Shown: positions 1 through 14,437 of the stretch, one piece after another
Layout: each line of letters starts with the position of its first letter
How positions within the stretch are numbered: position 1 is the stretch's first letter
Assembly: GCA_964016885.1 (NCBI GenBank)
Contig: OZ024745.1
Location: 82,274,001-82,338,000, forward strand
Direction of reading: 5' to 3'
Length of the DNA stretch: 64,000 nt
Source: Eledone cirrhosa
Lineage: Eukaryota
The notes under the pieces: model-generated
The model's database searches: none
The model's input: the letters and a program-made list of their open reading frames with translations, nothing else
What the model was told of the DNA's origin: nothing
Position numbers and translations under genes: made by a program

Positions 1-3000
1 TTAGTAATTCACTCACACCAAATTGATAACATATTCCCAATAAACAGATGATTCAATCACACGAAATTGATAACATATTTCCACAAAATTAATAATTCAC
101 TCACACGAAATTGATAACTTATTCCCAGAAAATTAATAATCCACTCACACCAAATTGATAACATATTCCCACAAAATTGATAATTCACTCCCACCAAATT
201 GATAACTTATTCCCATAAAATTAATAATTCACTCACACCAAATTGATAACATATTCCCACAAAATTAATAATCCACTCACACCAAATTGATAACATATTC
301 CCACAAAATTAATAATCCACTCACACCAAATTGATAACATATTCCCACAAAATTAATGATCCACTCACACCAAATTGAAAACATATTCCCACAAAATTAA
401 TAATTCACTCACACCAAATCGATAACATATTCCCACAAAATTGATTATTCACTCTTACCAAATTGATAACACATTCCCATTAAACTGATAATTCACTCAC
501 ACCAAATTGATAACATATTCTCACATAATTGATTATTCACTCTTACCAAATTGATAACACATTCCCATTAAACTGATAATTCACTCGCACCAAATTGATA
601 ACATATTCCAACAAAATTGGTAATTCACTCACACCAAATTGATAACATATTCCCACAAAATTAATAATCGACTCACAGCAAATTGATAACATATTCCAAC
701 AAAATTAATAATCCACTCACACCAAATTGATAACGTATTCCCACAAAATTAATAATCCACTCACATCAAATTGATAGCATATTCCCACAAAATTGATAAT
801 TCACTCACACCAAACTGATAACATATTCCACGAAATTAATAATCCACTCACACCAAATTGATAACATATTCCCACAAGATTGATAATTCACTCACGCCAA
901 ACTGATAACATATTCCCACAAAATAAATAATTCACTCACACCAAATTTATAGCATATTCCCACTAAATTAATAATTCAGTCACACCAAATTGATAACGTA
1001 TTCTCACAAAATTGATAATCCACTCACACCAAATTCATAACATATTCCCATAAAATTAATAATTCACTCACACCAAATTTATAACATATTCCCACAAAAT
1101 TAATAATCCACTCACCCCAAATTGATAACATATTACCACAAAATTAATAATCCTCTCACAACAAATTGATAACGTATTCCCAGAAAATTAATAATCCACT
1201 CACACCAAATTGATAACTTATTCCCACAAAATTGATAATTCACTCACACGAAATGAATAACATATTCCCACAAAATTGATAATTCACTCACACCAAACTG
1301 ATAAAATATTCCCACAAAATTATTAATCGACTCACAGCAAATTTATAACATAACCCCACAAAATTAATAATCCACTCACACCAAATTGATAACGTATTCC
1401 CACAAAATTTATAATCCACTCACACCAAATTGATAACATATTCCCACAAAATTGATAATTCACTCACACCAAATTGATAACATATTCCCAGAAAATTAAT
1501 AATTCACTCACACCAAATTGCTAACATATTCCCACAAAATTGATTATTCACTCACACCAAATTGATAACATATTCCCAGAAAATTAATAATTCACTCACA
1601 CGAAATTGATAACATATTCCCACAAAATTAATAATCCACTCACACCAAATTGATAACGTATTCCCACAAAATTAATAATCCACTCACACCAAATTGATAA
1701 CATATTCCCACAAAATTGATAATTCACTCACACCAAATTGATAACATGTTCCATCAAAATTAGTAATTAACTCACACCAAATTGATAACATATTCCCATT
1801 AAACTCATAATTCAATCACACCCAATTGATAACATATTTCCACAAGATTAATAATTCACTCACACGAAATTGATAACATATTCCCACAAAATTAATAATC
1901 CACTCACACCAAATTGATAACGTATTCCCACAAAATTAATAATCCACTCACACCAAATTGATAACATATTCCCACAAAATTGATAATTCACTAACACCAA
2001 ATTGATAACATGTTCCATCAAAATTAGTAATTAACTCACACCAAATTGATAACATATTCCCATTAAACTCATAATTCAATCACACCCAATTGATAACATA
2101 TTTCCACAAGATTAATAATTCACTCACACGAAATTGATAACATATTCCGACAAAATTAATAATCCACTCACACCAAATTGATAACATATTCCCACAAAAT
2201 ATATAATTCACTCACACCAAATTGATAACATATTCCTACAAAATTAATAATCGACTCACAGCAAATTGATAACATATCCCCACAAAATTAATAATCCACT
2301 CACACCAAATTGATAACGTATTCCCACAAAATTAATAATCCACTCCCACCAAATTGATAACATATTCCCACAAAATTAATAATTCACTCACACCAAATTG
2401 ATAACATATTCCATCAAAATTAGTAATTCACTCACACCAAATTGATAACATATTCCCATTAAACTGATAATTCAATCACATCCAATTGATAACATATTTC
2501 CACAAGATTAATAATTCACTCACACGAAATTGATAACATATTCCGAAAAAATTAATAATCCACCCACACCAAATTGAGAACACATTCCCACAAAACAGAT
2601 AATCCACTCACACCAAATTGATAACATATTCCCACAAAATTAATAATCCACTCACACCAAATTGATAACGTATTCTCACAAAATTGATAATTCGCTCACA
2701 CCAAATTGATAACTTATTCCCATAAAATTAATAATTCACTCTCACCAAATTGATAACATATTCCCACAAAATTAATAATCGACTCACACCAAATTAATAA
2801 AGTATTCCCACAAAATTAATAATCTACTCACACCAAATTGATAACATATTCCCACAAATTTAATAATCCACCCACACCCAATTGATAACATATTCCCACA
2901 AAATTAATAATTCACTCACACCAAATTGATAACATATTCCCACAAAATTAATAATCCACTCACGCCAAATTGATAACACATTCCCATTAAACTGATAATT

Positions 3001-6000
3001 CACTCACACCAAATTGATAACATATTCCCACAAAATTGATTATTCACTCTTACCAAATTGATAACACATTCCCATTAAACTGATAATTCACTCGCACCAA
3101 ATTGATAACATATTCCAACAAAATTGCTAATTCACTCACACCAAATTGATAGCATATTCCCACAAAATTGATAATTCACTCACACCAAACTGATAACATA
3201 TTCCACGAAATTAATAATCCACTCACACCAAATTGATAACATATTCCACGAAATTAATAATCCACTCACACCAAATTGATAACATATTCCCACAAGATTG
3301 ATAATTCACTCACGCCAAATTGATAACATATTCCCACAAAATTGATAATTCACTCACACCAAATTGATAACATATTCCCACAAAATTAATAATCGACTCA
3401 CACCAAATTAATAAAGTATTCCCACAAAATTAATAATCCACTCACATCAAATTGATAACATATTACCACAAAATTAATAATCCTCTCACACCAAATTGAT
3501 AACGTCTTCCCAGAATATTAATAATCCACTCACACCAAATTGATAACTTATTCCCACAAGATTGATAATTCACTCACACGAAATTGATAACATATTTCCA
3601 AAAAATTGATAATTCACTCGCATCAAATTGATAACATATTCCCACAAAATTAATGATCCACTCACACCAAATTGAAAACATATTCCCACAAAATTAATAA
3701 TTCACTCACACCAAATTGATAACATATTCCCACAAAATTGATTATTCACTCTTACCAAATTGATAACACATTCCCATTAAACTGATAATTCACTCACACC
3801 AAATTGATAACATATTCCCACAAAATTGATTATTCACTCTTACCAAATTGATAACACATTCCCATTAAACTGATAATTCACTCGCACCAAATTGATAACA
3901 TATTCCAACAAAATTGGTAATTCACTCACACCAAATTGATAACATATTCCCACAAGATTGATAATTCACTCACGCCAAATTGATAACATATTCCCACAAA
4001 ATAAATAATTCACTCACACCAAATTTATAGCATATTCCCACTAAATTAATAACCCACTCACACCAAATTGATAACTTATTCCCACAAAATTGATAATTCA
4101 CTCACACGAAATGAATAACATATTCCCACAAAATTGATAATTCACTCACACCAAACTGATAAAATATTCCCACAAAATTATTAATCGACTCACAGCAAAT
4201 TTATAACATATCCCCACAAAATTAATAATCCACTCACACCAAATTGATAACGTATTCCCACAAAATTAATAATCCACTCACACCAAATTGATAACATATT
4301 CCCACAAAACTGATAATTCACTCACACCAAATTTGTAACATATTCCCAGAAAATTAATAATTCACTCACACCAAATTGCTAACATATTCCCACAAAATTG
4401 ATTATTCACTCATACCAAATTGATAACATATTCCCACAAAATTAATAATCGACTCACAGCAAATTGATAACATATCCCCACAAAATTAATAATCCACTCA
4501 CACCAAATTGATAACGTATTCCCACAAAATTAATAATCCACTCCCACCAAATTGATAACATATTCCCACAAAATTGATAATTCACTCACACCAAATTGCT
4601 AACATATTCCCACAAAATTGATTATTCACTCACACCAAATTGATAACATATTCCCATTAAACTGATAATTCAATCACACCCAATTGATAACATATTTCCA
4701 CAAGATTAATAATTCACTCACACGAAATTGATAACATATTCCGAAAAAATTAATAATCCACTCACACCAAATTGAGAACACATTCCCACAAAATTGATAA
4801 TCCACTCACACCAAATTGATAACATATTCCCACAAAATTAATAATCCACTCACACCAAATTGATAACGTATTCTCACAAAATTGATAATTCGCTCACACC
4901 AAATTGATAACATATCCCCACAAAATTAATAATCCACTCACACCAAATTAATAACGTATTCCCACAAAATTAATAATCTACTCACACCAAATTGATAACA
5001 TATTCCCACAAATTTAATAATCCACCCACACCCAATTGATAACATATTCCCACAAAATTAATAATTCACTCACACCAAATTGATAACATATTCCCACAAA
5101 ATTAATAATCCACTCACATCAAATTGATAACATATTACCACAAAATTAATAATCCTCTCACACCAAATTGATAACGTATTCCCAGAATATTAATAATCCA
5201 CTCACACCAAATTGATAACTTATTCCCACAAGATTGATAATTCACTCACACGAAATTGATAACATATTTCCACAAAATTGATAATTCACTCGCACCAAAT
5301 TGATAACATATTCCCACAAAATTAATGATCCACTCACACCAAATTGAAAACATATTCCCACAAAATAGATTATTCACTCTTACCAAATTGATAACACATT
5401 CCCATTAAACTGATAATTCACTCGCACCAAATTGATTAACATATTCCCACAAAATTGATAATTTACTCACACCCAATTGATAACATATTCCCAGAAAATT
5501 AATAATTCACTCACACGAAATTGATAACATATTCACACAAAATTAAATTGATAACATATTCCCACAAAATTAATAATTCACTCACACCAAATTGATAACA
5601 TATTCCCACAAAATTGATTATTCACTCACACCAAATTGATAACATATTCCCAGAAAATTAATAATTCACTCACACGAAGTTGATAACATATTCCCACAAA
5701 ATTAATAATCCACTCACACCAAATTGATAACATATTCCCACAAAATTTATAATTCATTCACACCAAATTGATAACATATTCCCTCAAAATTAGTAATTCA
5801 CTCACACCAAATTGATAACATATTCCCATTAAACTGCTAATTCAATCACACCCAATTGATAACATATATCCACAAAATTAATAATTCACTCACACGAAAT
5901 TGATAACATATTCCCACAAAGTTAATAATCCACTCACATCAAATTGATAACATATTCCCACAAAATTAATAATCCTCTCACACCAAATTGATAACGTATT

Positions 6001-9000
6001 CCCACAAAATAAATAATCCACTTACAACAAATTGATAACTTATTCCCACAAAATTGATAATTCACTCACACGAAATTGATAACATATTCCCACGAAATTG
6101 ATAATTCACTCACACCAAATTGATAACATATTCCCACAAAATTAATTAGCCCCTCACACCAAATTGATAACATATTCCCACAAAATTAATTATCCCCTCA
6201 CACCAAATTGATAACATATTCCCACAAAATTGATAATTCACTCACACCCAATTGATAAAATATTCCCAGAAAATTAATAATTCACTCACACGAAATTGAT
6301 AACATATTCACACAAAATTAAATTGATAACATATTCCCAGAAAATTAATAATTCACTCACACCAAATTGATAACATATTCCCAGAAAATTAATAATTCAC
6401 TCACACGAAGTTGATAACATATTCCCACAAAATTAATAATCCACTCACACCAAATTGATAACATATTCCCACAAAATTGATAATTCATTCACACCAAATT
6501 GATAACATATTCCCTCAAAATTAGTAATTCACTCACACCAAATTGATAACATATTCCCATTAAACTGCTAATTCAATCACACCCAATTGATAACATATTT
6601 CCACAAAATTAATAATTCACTCACACGAAATTGATAATATATTCCCACAAAATTAATAATCTACTCACACCAAATTGATAACATATTCTCACAAAATTAA
6701 TAATCCACTCACACACAATTGATTACGTATTTCCAGAGAATTAATAATCCACTCACACCAAATTCATAACATATTCCCATAAAATTGATAATTCACTTGC
6801 ACCAAATTGATAACATATTCCCACAAAATTGATAATGCTCTCACACTAAATTGATAACATATTCCCACGAAATTGATAATTCACTGACACCATATTGATA
6901 ACATATTCCCACAAAATTTATAATTCACTCACATCAAATTGATAATTTATTTCCACAAAATTAATAATCCACGCACACCAAATATATAACATATTCCAAC
7001 AAAATTGGTAATTCACTCACACCAAATTGAGAACACATTCCCACAAAACTGATAATCCACTCACACCAAATTGATAACATATTCCCACAAAATTAATAAT
7101 CCACTCACACCAAATTGATAACGTATTCTCACAAAATTGATAATTCACTCACACCAAATTTATAACTTATTCCAATAAAATTAATAATTCTCTCACACCA
7201 AATTGATAACATATTCCCACAAAATTAATAATCCACTCACATCAAATTGATAACATATTCCCACAAAATTAATAATCCTCTCACACCAAATTGATAACGT
7301 ATTCCCACAAAACAAATAATCCACTTACAACAAATTGATAACTTATTCCCACAAAATTGATAATTCACTCACACGAAATTGATAACATATTCCCACGAAA
7401 TTGATAATTCACTCACACCAAATTGATAACATATTCCCACAAAATTAATTAGCCCCTGACACCAAATTGATAACATATTCCCACAAAATTAATTATCCCC
7501 TCACACCAAATTGATAACATATTCCCACAAAATTGATAATTCACTCACACCCAATTGATAACATATTCCCAGAAAATTAATAATTCACTCACACGAAATT
7601 GATAACATATTCCCAGAAAATTAATAATCTACTCACAACAAATTGATAACATATTCCCACAAAATTAATAATCCACTTTCACCCAATTGATATCGTATTC
7701 CCACAAAATAAATAATCCACTCACACCATATTGATAACGTATTCCCACAAAATTAATAATCCACTCACATCAATTTGATAACATATTCCCACTAAATTGA
7801 TAATTCACTCACACCAAATTGATAACATATTCCCACAAAATTAATAATTCACTCACACCAAATTTATAGCATATTCCCACTAAATTAATCATTCACTCAC
7901 ACCAAATTGATAACGTATTCTCACAAAATTGATAATTCACTCACACCAAATTGATAACTTATTCCCATAAAATTAATAATCGACTCACAGCAAATTGATA
8001 ACATTATTACCACAAAATTAATAATCCTCTCACACCAAATTGATAACGTATTCCCAGAAAATTAATAATCCACTCACACCAAATTGATAACTTATTACCA
8101 CAAAATTGAAAATTCACTCACCCGAAATTAATAACATATTCCCACAAAATTGATAATTCACTCACACCAAACTGATAACATATTCCAACAAAATTAATAA
8201 TCAACTCACAGCAAATTGATAACATATTCCCACAAAATTAATAATCCACTCACACCAAATTGATAACGTATTCCAACAAAATTGATAATTCACTCACACC
8301 AAATTGATAACATATTCCCACAAAATTAATAATTCACTCACACCAAATTAATAACATATTCCCACAAAATTGATAATTCACTCACACCAAACTGATAACA
8401 TATTCCCACAAAATTAATAATCAACTCACAGCAAATTGATAACATATTCCCACAAAATTAATAATCCTCTCACACCAAATTGATAACGTATTCCCACAAA
8501 ATTGATAATTCACTCACACCCAATTGATAACATATTCCCAGAAAATTAATAATTCACTCACACGAAATTGATAACATATTCCCATAAAATTGATAATTCA
8601 CTCACACCAAACAGATAAAATATTCCCACAAAATTAATTATCTACTCACAACAAATTGATAACATATTGCCACAAAATTAATAATCCACTCTTACCCAAT
8701 TGATATCGTATTCCCAGAAAATTAATAATCCACTCACACCAAATTGATAACATATTCCCACAAAATTGATAATTCACTCACATCAAATTGATAACATATT
8801 CCCACAGAATTGATAATTCACTCACACCAAATTGATAACATATTCCCACAAAATTAATAATCCACTCACACCAAATTGATAACATATTCCAACAAAATTG
8901 ATAATTAACTCACACCAAATTGATAACGTATTCTCACTAAATTGATAATTCACTCACACCACATTAATAATATATTCCCATAAAATTGATAATTCACTCA

Positions 9001-10888
9001 CACCAAATTGATAACATATTCCCACAAAATTGATAATTCACTCACACCAAATTGATAACATATTCCCACAAAATTAATAATTCACTCACACCAAATTGAT
9101 AACATATTCCCACAAAATTGATAATTCACTCACACCAAATTGAGAACATATTCCCACAAAACTGATAATTCACTCACACCAAATTGATAACATATTCCCA
9201 CAGAATTGATAATTCACTCACACCAAATTGATAACATATTCCCACAAAATTAATAATCGACTCACACCAAATTGATAACATATTCCCACAAAATTAATAA
9301 TCCACTCACACCATATTGATAACGTATTCCAACAAAATTAATAATCCACTCACATCAATTTGATAACATATTCCCACAAAATTGATAATTCACTCACACC
9401 TAATTGATAACATATTCCACGAAATTAATAATCCACTCACACCAAATTGATAACATATTCCCACAAGATTGATAATTCACTCACACCAAATTGATAACAT
9501 ATTCCCACAAAATTAATAATTCACTCACACCAAATTCATAGCATATTCCCCCTAAATTAATAATTCACTCACACCAAATTGATAACGTATTCTCACAAAA
9601 TTGATAATTCACTCACACCTAATTGATAACTTATTCCCATAAAATTAATAATCGACTCACAGCAAATTGATAACATTATTACCACAAAATTAATAATCCT
9701 CTCACACCAAATTGATAACGTATTCCCAGAAAATTAATAATCCACTCACACCAAATTGATAACTTATTACCACAAAATTGATAATTCACTCACCCGAAAT
9801 TAATAACATATTCCCACAAAATTGATAATTAACTCACACCAAACTGATAACATATTCCCACAAAATTAATAATCAACTCACAGCAAATTGATAACATATT
9901 CCCACAAAATTAATAATCCACTCACACCAAATTGATAACGTATTCCCACAAAATTAATAATCCACTCACACCAAATTGATAACATATTCCAACAAAATTG
10001 ATAATTCACTCACACCAAATTGATAACATATTCCCACAAAATTAATAATTCACTCACACCAAATTAATAACATATTCCCACAAAATTGATTATTCACTCA
10101 CACCAAATTGATAACATATTCCCACAAAATTAGTAATTCACTCACACCAAATTGATAAAATATTCCCATTAAACTGATAATTCAATCACACGCAATTGAT
10201 AACATATTCCCACAAAATAAATAATTCACTCACACGAAATTGATAACTTATTCCCACAAAATTAATAATCCACTCACATCAAATTGATAACATATTCCCA
10301 CAAAATTAATAATCTACTCACACCAAATTGATAACATATTCCCACAAAATAAATAATTCACTCACACCAAATTGATAACGTATTCTCACAAAATTGATAA
10401 TTCACTCACACCACATTAATAATATATTCCCATAAAATTGATAATTCACTCACACCAAATTGATAACATATTCCCACAAAATTGATAATTCACTCACACC
10501 AAATTGATAACATATTCCCACAAAATTAATAATTCACTCACACCAAATTGATAACATATTCCCACAAAATTGATAATTCACTCACACCAAATTGAGAACA
10601 TATTCCCACAAAACTGATAATTCACTCACACCAAATTGATAACATATTCCCACAAAATTAATAATTCATTCATACCAAATTTATAATAAATTCTCATAAA
10701 ATTGATAATTCTCTCACACTAAATTGATAACATATTCCCACAAAATTGATAATTCACTCACACCAAATTGATAACATATTCCCACAAAATTAATAATTCA
10801 CTCACACCAAATTTATAACATATTCCCACAAAATTAATAATTCACTGACACCAAATTGATAACATATTCCCACAAAATTGATAATACA
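1..10888. repeat. 44-bp tandem satellite array (dimer of two related 22-mers), runs off the left edge
   Basis: Consensus aaattgataacatattcccaca+aaattaataattcactcacacc. Period 44 (taattcactc at 181 and 225). About 245 units. Confidence 0.97.
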
Positions 10889-11229
10889 CTGTGTGATTTC
10901 TCCGGGCTATTAGAAATACTAGGTAAATCTTCTGTGGCTGTTGATCGCGGATAAAATAGGTATCATTTATTAATCTATTGTTTCTTCATAGGTACATTTT
11001 AAACTTATATCCTCGTTTAATTGATTTTTTGTGTGGTTAATTATGCTGATTGGGAAAGGAAATTGTGTATATATTTTATCAAATGATTATATTGACTTAC
11101 TTTCTTATATATTGCTCTGATTGTTGATTATTTGATTAATTATTTCGTCATTGAGCCATACATGTGAATGGTTGCCAAAAACACATATATATATCTATAG
11201 CTCTGTCTAGTTTATGTATATATAAATCT

Positions 11230-11232
11230 ATA

Positions 11233-11317
<85 letters not shown>
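11230..11317. repeat. (TA)n microsatellite
   Basis: Direct reading. Confidence 0.95.
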
Positions 11318-11325
<8 letters not shown>

Positions 11326-11492
11326 GAATTAGTACCAACATATGCGTACAGATGTACACTAATGCTAGCAAATACATAAGTTATGTCATAGTACCTAGGT
11401 GGTTCAATGCAGGAGGATGGAGAACAATTATATGAAAGACGTAAAATAAGAAAATTAAAAAAAAAATTAAAAATTAACTTACTAAAATTTTC

Positions 11493-11574
11493 ACTCCAAC
11501 TAATTAGTTTCTGTAATGGGATAAAGATAGTTACATAATGTAACGATCGAGAATTCATTACGTCATCAGGGAGT
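11493..11574 (-). ncRNA. Type I hammerhead ribozyme
   Basis: Reverse complement: actcc-CTGATGA-c[gtaatg...cattac]a-GAAA-ctaattag-TT-ggagt. Helix I is 5 bp and helix III is palindromic. Confidence 0.8.
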
Positions 11575-12058
11575 CTATTCTAAGCTAAGTCTCCAGGCAA
11601 TGCGCGGACACTAGGGACTCATGTAAAAATAATAATAATTCGGTGGATGGAACAGCTAGCGGGGACTGAATTCCATGCACTGAAAAAGTTCGCTGGCTCT
11701 TGTCAAATGGCAGATTCTAAAGAATCAATCACGTGACACTGAGGCTAGTCGGAAGGAGTGACTTGGTAAGATGACAAAAGCCTACTACCACACCAATGAA
11801 TTAGTAGTGGATTTGGCAGGTTTGCTCAACAAATAAATAATTTGGAGATAAATATATAGAATTAGTATATCTACCAACATATGCGTACAGATGTACACTA
11901 ATGCTAGCAAATACATAAGTTATGTCATAGTACCTAGGTGGTTCAATGCAGGAGGATGCAGAACAATTATATGAAAGACTTAAAATAAGAAAATTAAAAA
12001 AAAATTAAAAATTAACTTACTTACTAAAATTTTCACTCCAACTAATTAGTTTCTGTAA

Positions 12059-12138
12059 TTCCCTGATGACGTAATGAATTCTCGATCGTTAGATTATGTA
12101 ACTATCTTTATCCCATTACAGAAACTAATTAGTTGGAG
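12059..12138 (+). ncRNA. Type I hammerhead ribozyme (inverted copy)
   Basis: ttcc-CTGATGA-cgtaatg...cattaca-GAAA-ctaattag-TT-ggag. Confidence 0.7.
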
Positions 12139-12288
12139 TGAAAATTTTAGTAAGTAAGTTAATTTTTAATTTTTTTTAATTTTCTTATTTTACGTCTTTC
12201 ATATATATATATATAAAGAAAAAGAGATGAAATCGAAAATGCAACTGGAGTCTTATTTTTTTAAAAAATATATATATTTATTTGGTTA

Positions 12289-12324
12289 CTTTACCGGTTT
12301 CGCTGTTCTTCTGCTTTTCAAAAG
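12289..12324 (-). ncRNA. Minimal hammerhead-like motif, U3-A8 core
   Basis: Reverse complement: ctt-TTGAAAA-gc agaagaaca gc-GAAA-ccgg-TA-aag. All helices are very short. Confidence 0.45.
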
Positions 12325-12545
12325 GTGAGTTGAGATGGAGGGTCTGTGGTTTTTCTCACATCTGGTTTGTCTCTGAATGTTACTTGTTTTATATGGAAAA
12401 AGTGGCTCGAAATGCCAGGTTTTTCGAGAAGTAATTTGATTAGTTTGTCAATAATTATAATAAATTTCGCGCCAGTTCGCGTTACAATAGTTCTTCAAAT
12501 AAGAGGGGGGGGGGGTTGTCACAGGTTGTTTTTTCATATATGAGT

Positions 12546-12851
12546 GTTTGAATTTCTTTTTACTTGAAAAAAGGAGGCTCACGAAGGCTCTTTTTTGGTT
12601 GGTTATAAATGAAATTATGACTGTCACGTGAACAAATTTTCATTAAATTTTTGTGCCCTTATTTGGAAATCCATTCTGTAGCCTTTTTAGAGAATTTTTT
12701 GATAAGTGAAAGATAATGGTCAAGAGAAAGGGGTGGGAGAATTCTTCTGGTTCAGTGAATATGGTTAATTCGCTGGGGTGTCAGAATTCAGATTTTCTAT
12801 TGAATAAAGAAAGTAAAGATATGTGTGGTTATTTGTGTGCTTGTGTGTGTG

Positions 12852-12884
<33 letters not shown>

Positions 12885-13028
12885 TTGAATTTCTTTACTT
12901 TAAAAAAAGGTGGCTCACGAAGGCTTTTTTTTAATAAACGTTATTTGATTGGTTATAAATGAAATTTGGCTGTCACGTGAACAAGTTTTCATTACATTTT
13001 TGCGCCCTTATTTGGAAAACTATTCTAT
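12546..13028. repeat. About 135-bp direct repeat (12546-12680 and 12882-13028), probably a decayed PLE-type element
   Basis: gtttgaatttcttt..acttnaaaaaagg.ggctcacgaaggct...ccttatttggaaa occurs twice. Confidence 0.55.
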
Positions 13029-13812
13029 CAAGGCCAACTACTCCACCTGTTTGCTGAGATCATTGATGTTATATTCTTATAGAAATCTAGTAAATAATCA
13101 GGAGCTGATTATGCAGGGCGGTTGTTGTTCAGGCAGAAATTAAAAATTAGAATTGGAGCTCTGAAATAGCAATATATATATGGATGTATATATAATGTAT
13201 TTTGCAATACACTTTATGCTTAATTAAAAGCATTTTGAAGACCGTAAGCTATTGTTTTAAAGTAGTGGCAAATTCACTCGCTTTGATCTCAGCAAACAGG
13301 GGAGATAAGCCGACAAGACTTGTTTCCTTTTGGTTGAAGCTTATCAAGGCCAACTATCCCACCTGTTTGCTGAGATCAATGATGTTATATTCTTATAGAA
13401 ATCTAGTAAATAATCAGGAGCTGATTATGCAGAGCGGTTGTTGGTTAGGCAGAAATTAAAAATTAGAATTGGAGCTCTGAAATAGCAAAATATATATGGA
13501 TGTATATATAATGTATTCTGCAATACACTTTATGCTTAATTAAAAGCATTTTGAAGACCGTAAGCTATTGTTTTAAAGTAGTGACAAATTCACTCACTTT
13601 GATGTCACTACTTTAAAACAATAGCTTACGGTCTTCAAAATGCTTTTAATTAAGCATAAAGTGTATTGCAAAATACATTATATATACATCCATATATATA
13701 TATTGCTATTTCAGAGCTCCAATTATAATTTTTAATTTCTGCCTGACCAACAACCGCTCTGCATAATCAGCTCCTGATTATTTACTAGATTTCTATAAGA
13801 ATATAACATCAA

Positions 13813-13907
13813 TGATCTCAGCAAACAGGTGGGGTAGTTGGCCTTGATAAGCTTCAACCAAAGCGAAACAAGTCTTGTCGGCTTATCTCCCCTGTTTGCT
13901 GAGATCA
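13813..13907 (+). ncRNA. Type I hammerhead ribozyme, U3-A8 core, extended helix I
   Basis: tgatctcagcaaacagg..ggcc-TTGATAA-gctt caacca aagc-GAAA-caagtcttg-TC-ggct..cctgtttgctgagatca. Confidence 0.85.
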
Positions 13908-14130
13908 AAGTGAGTGAATTTGCCACTACTTTAAAACAATAGCTTACGGTCTTCAAAATGCTTTTAATTAAACGTAAAGTGTATTGCAAAATACATTATA
14001 TATACATCCATATATATATATTGCTATTTCAGAGCTCCAATTCTAATTTTTAATTTCTGCCTGACCAACAACCGCTCTGCATAATCAACTCCTGATTATT
14101 TACTAGATTTCTATAAGAATATAACATCAA

Positions 14131-14225
14131 TGATCTCAGCAAACAGGTGGGGTAGTTGGCCTTGATAAGCTTCAACCAAAGCGAAACAAGTCTTGTCGGC
14201 TTATCTCCCCTGTTTGCTGAGATCA
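14131..14225 (+). ncRNA. Type I hammerhead ribozyme, U3-A8 core (second tandem copy)
   Basis: Same motif 318 nt downstream of 13813. Confidence 0.85.
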
Positions 14226-14356
14226 AAGTGGGTGAATTTGTCACTACTATAAAACAATAGCTTACGGTCTTCAAAATGCTTTTAATTAAGCATAAAGTGT
14301 ATTGCAAAATACATTATATATACATCCATATATATATTGCTATTTCAGAGCTCCAA

Positions 14357-14361
<5 letters not shown>

Positions 14362-14433
<72 letters not shown>
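14362..14433. repeat. (TA)n microsatellite
   Basis: Direct reading. Confidence 0.95.

Positions 14434-14437
<4 letters not shown>

Larger units (their letters stand above)
11320..12205 (-). mobile_element. Non-coding PLE-like/retrozyme-like element: 539-bp partial tandem repeat plus inverted terminal copy, flanked by (TA)n
   Basis: 11324-11517 is repeated at 11857-12058. 12060-12200 is the reverse complement of about 11430-11572. Carries an HHR. Confidence 0.75.
13027..14362. mobile_element. Retrozyme-like/non-autonomous PLE: 316-318-bp HHR-bearing unit, about 1.8 copies in one orientation then about 2.4 copies inverted
   Basis: Period 316 (13027 and 13343) and 318 (13732 and 14050). Inversion point near 13604. 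Ends at (TA)n. Confidence 0.85.

Noticed and set aside
1-10888. CRISPR-like array or repetitive coding region
   Set aside because: No unique spacers, eukaryotic context, period not a multiple of 3 and frequent stops.
13202-14307. Three near-identical 85-aa ORFs
   Set aside because: They are copies of the repeat unit, start at TTG, lie antisense to the ribozyme and show no recognisable domain.
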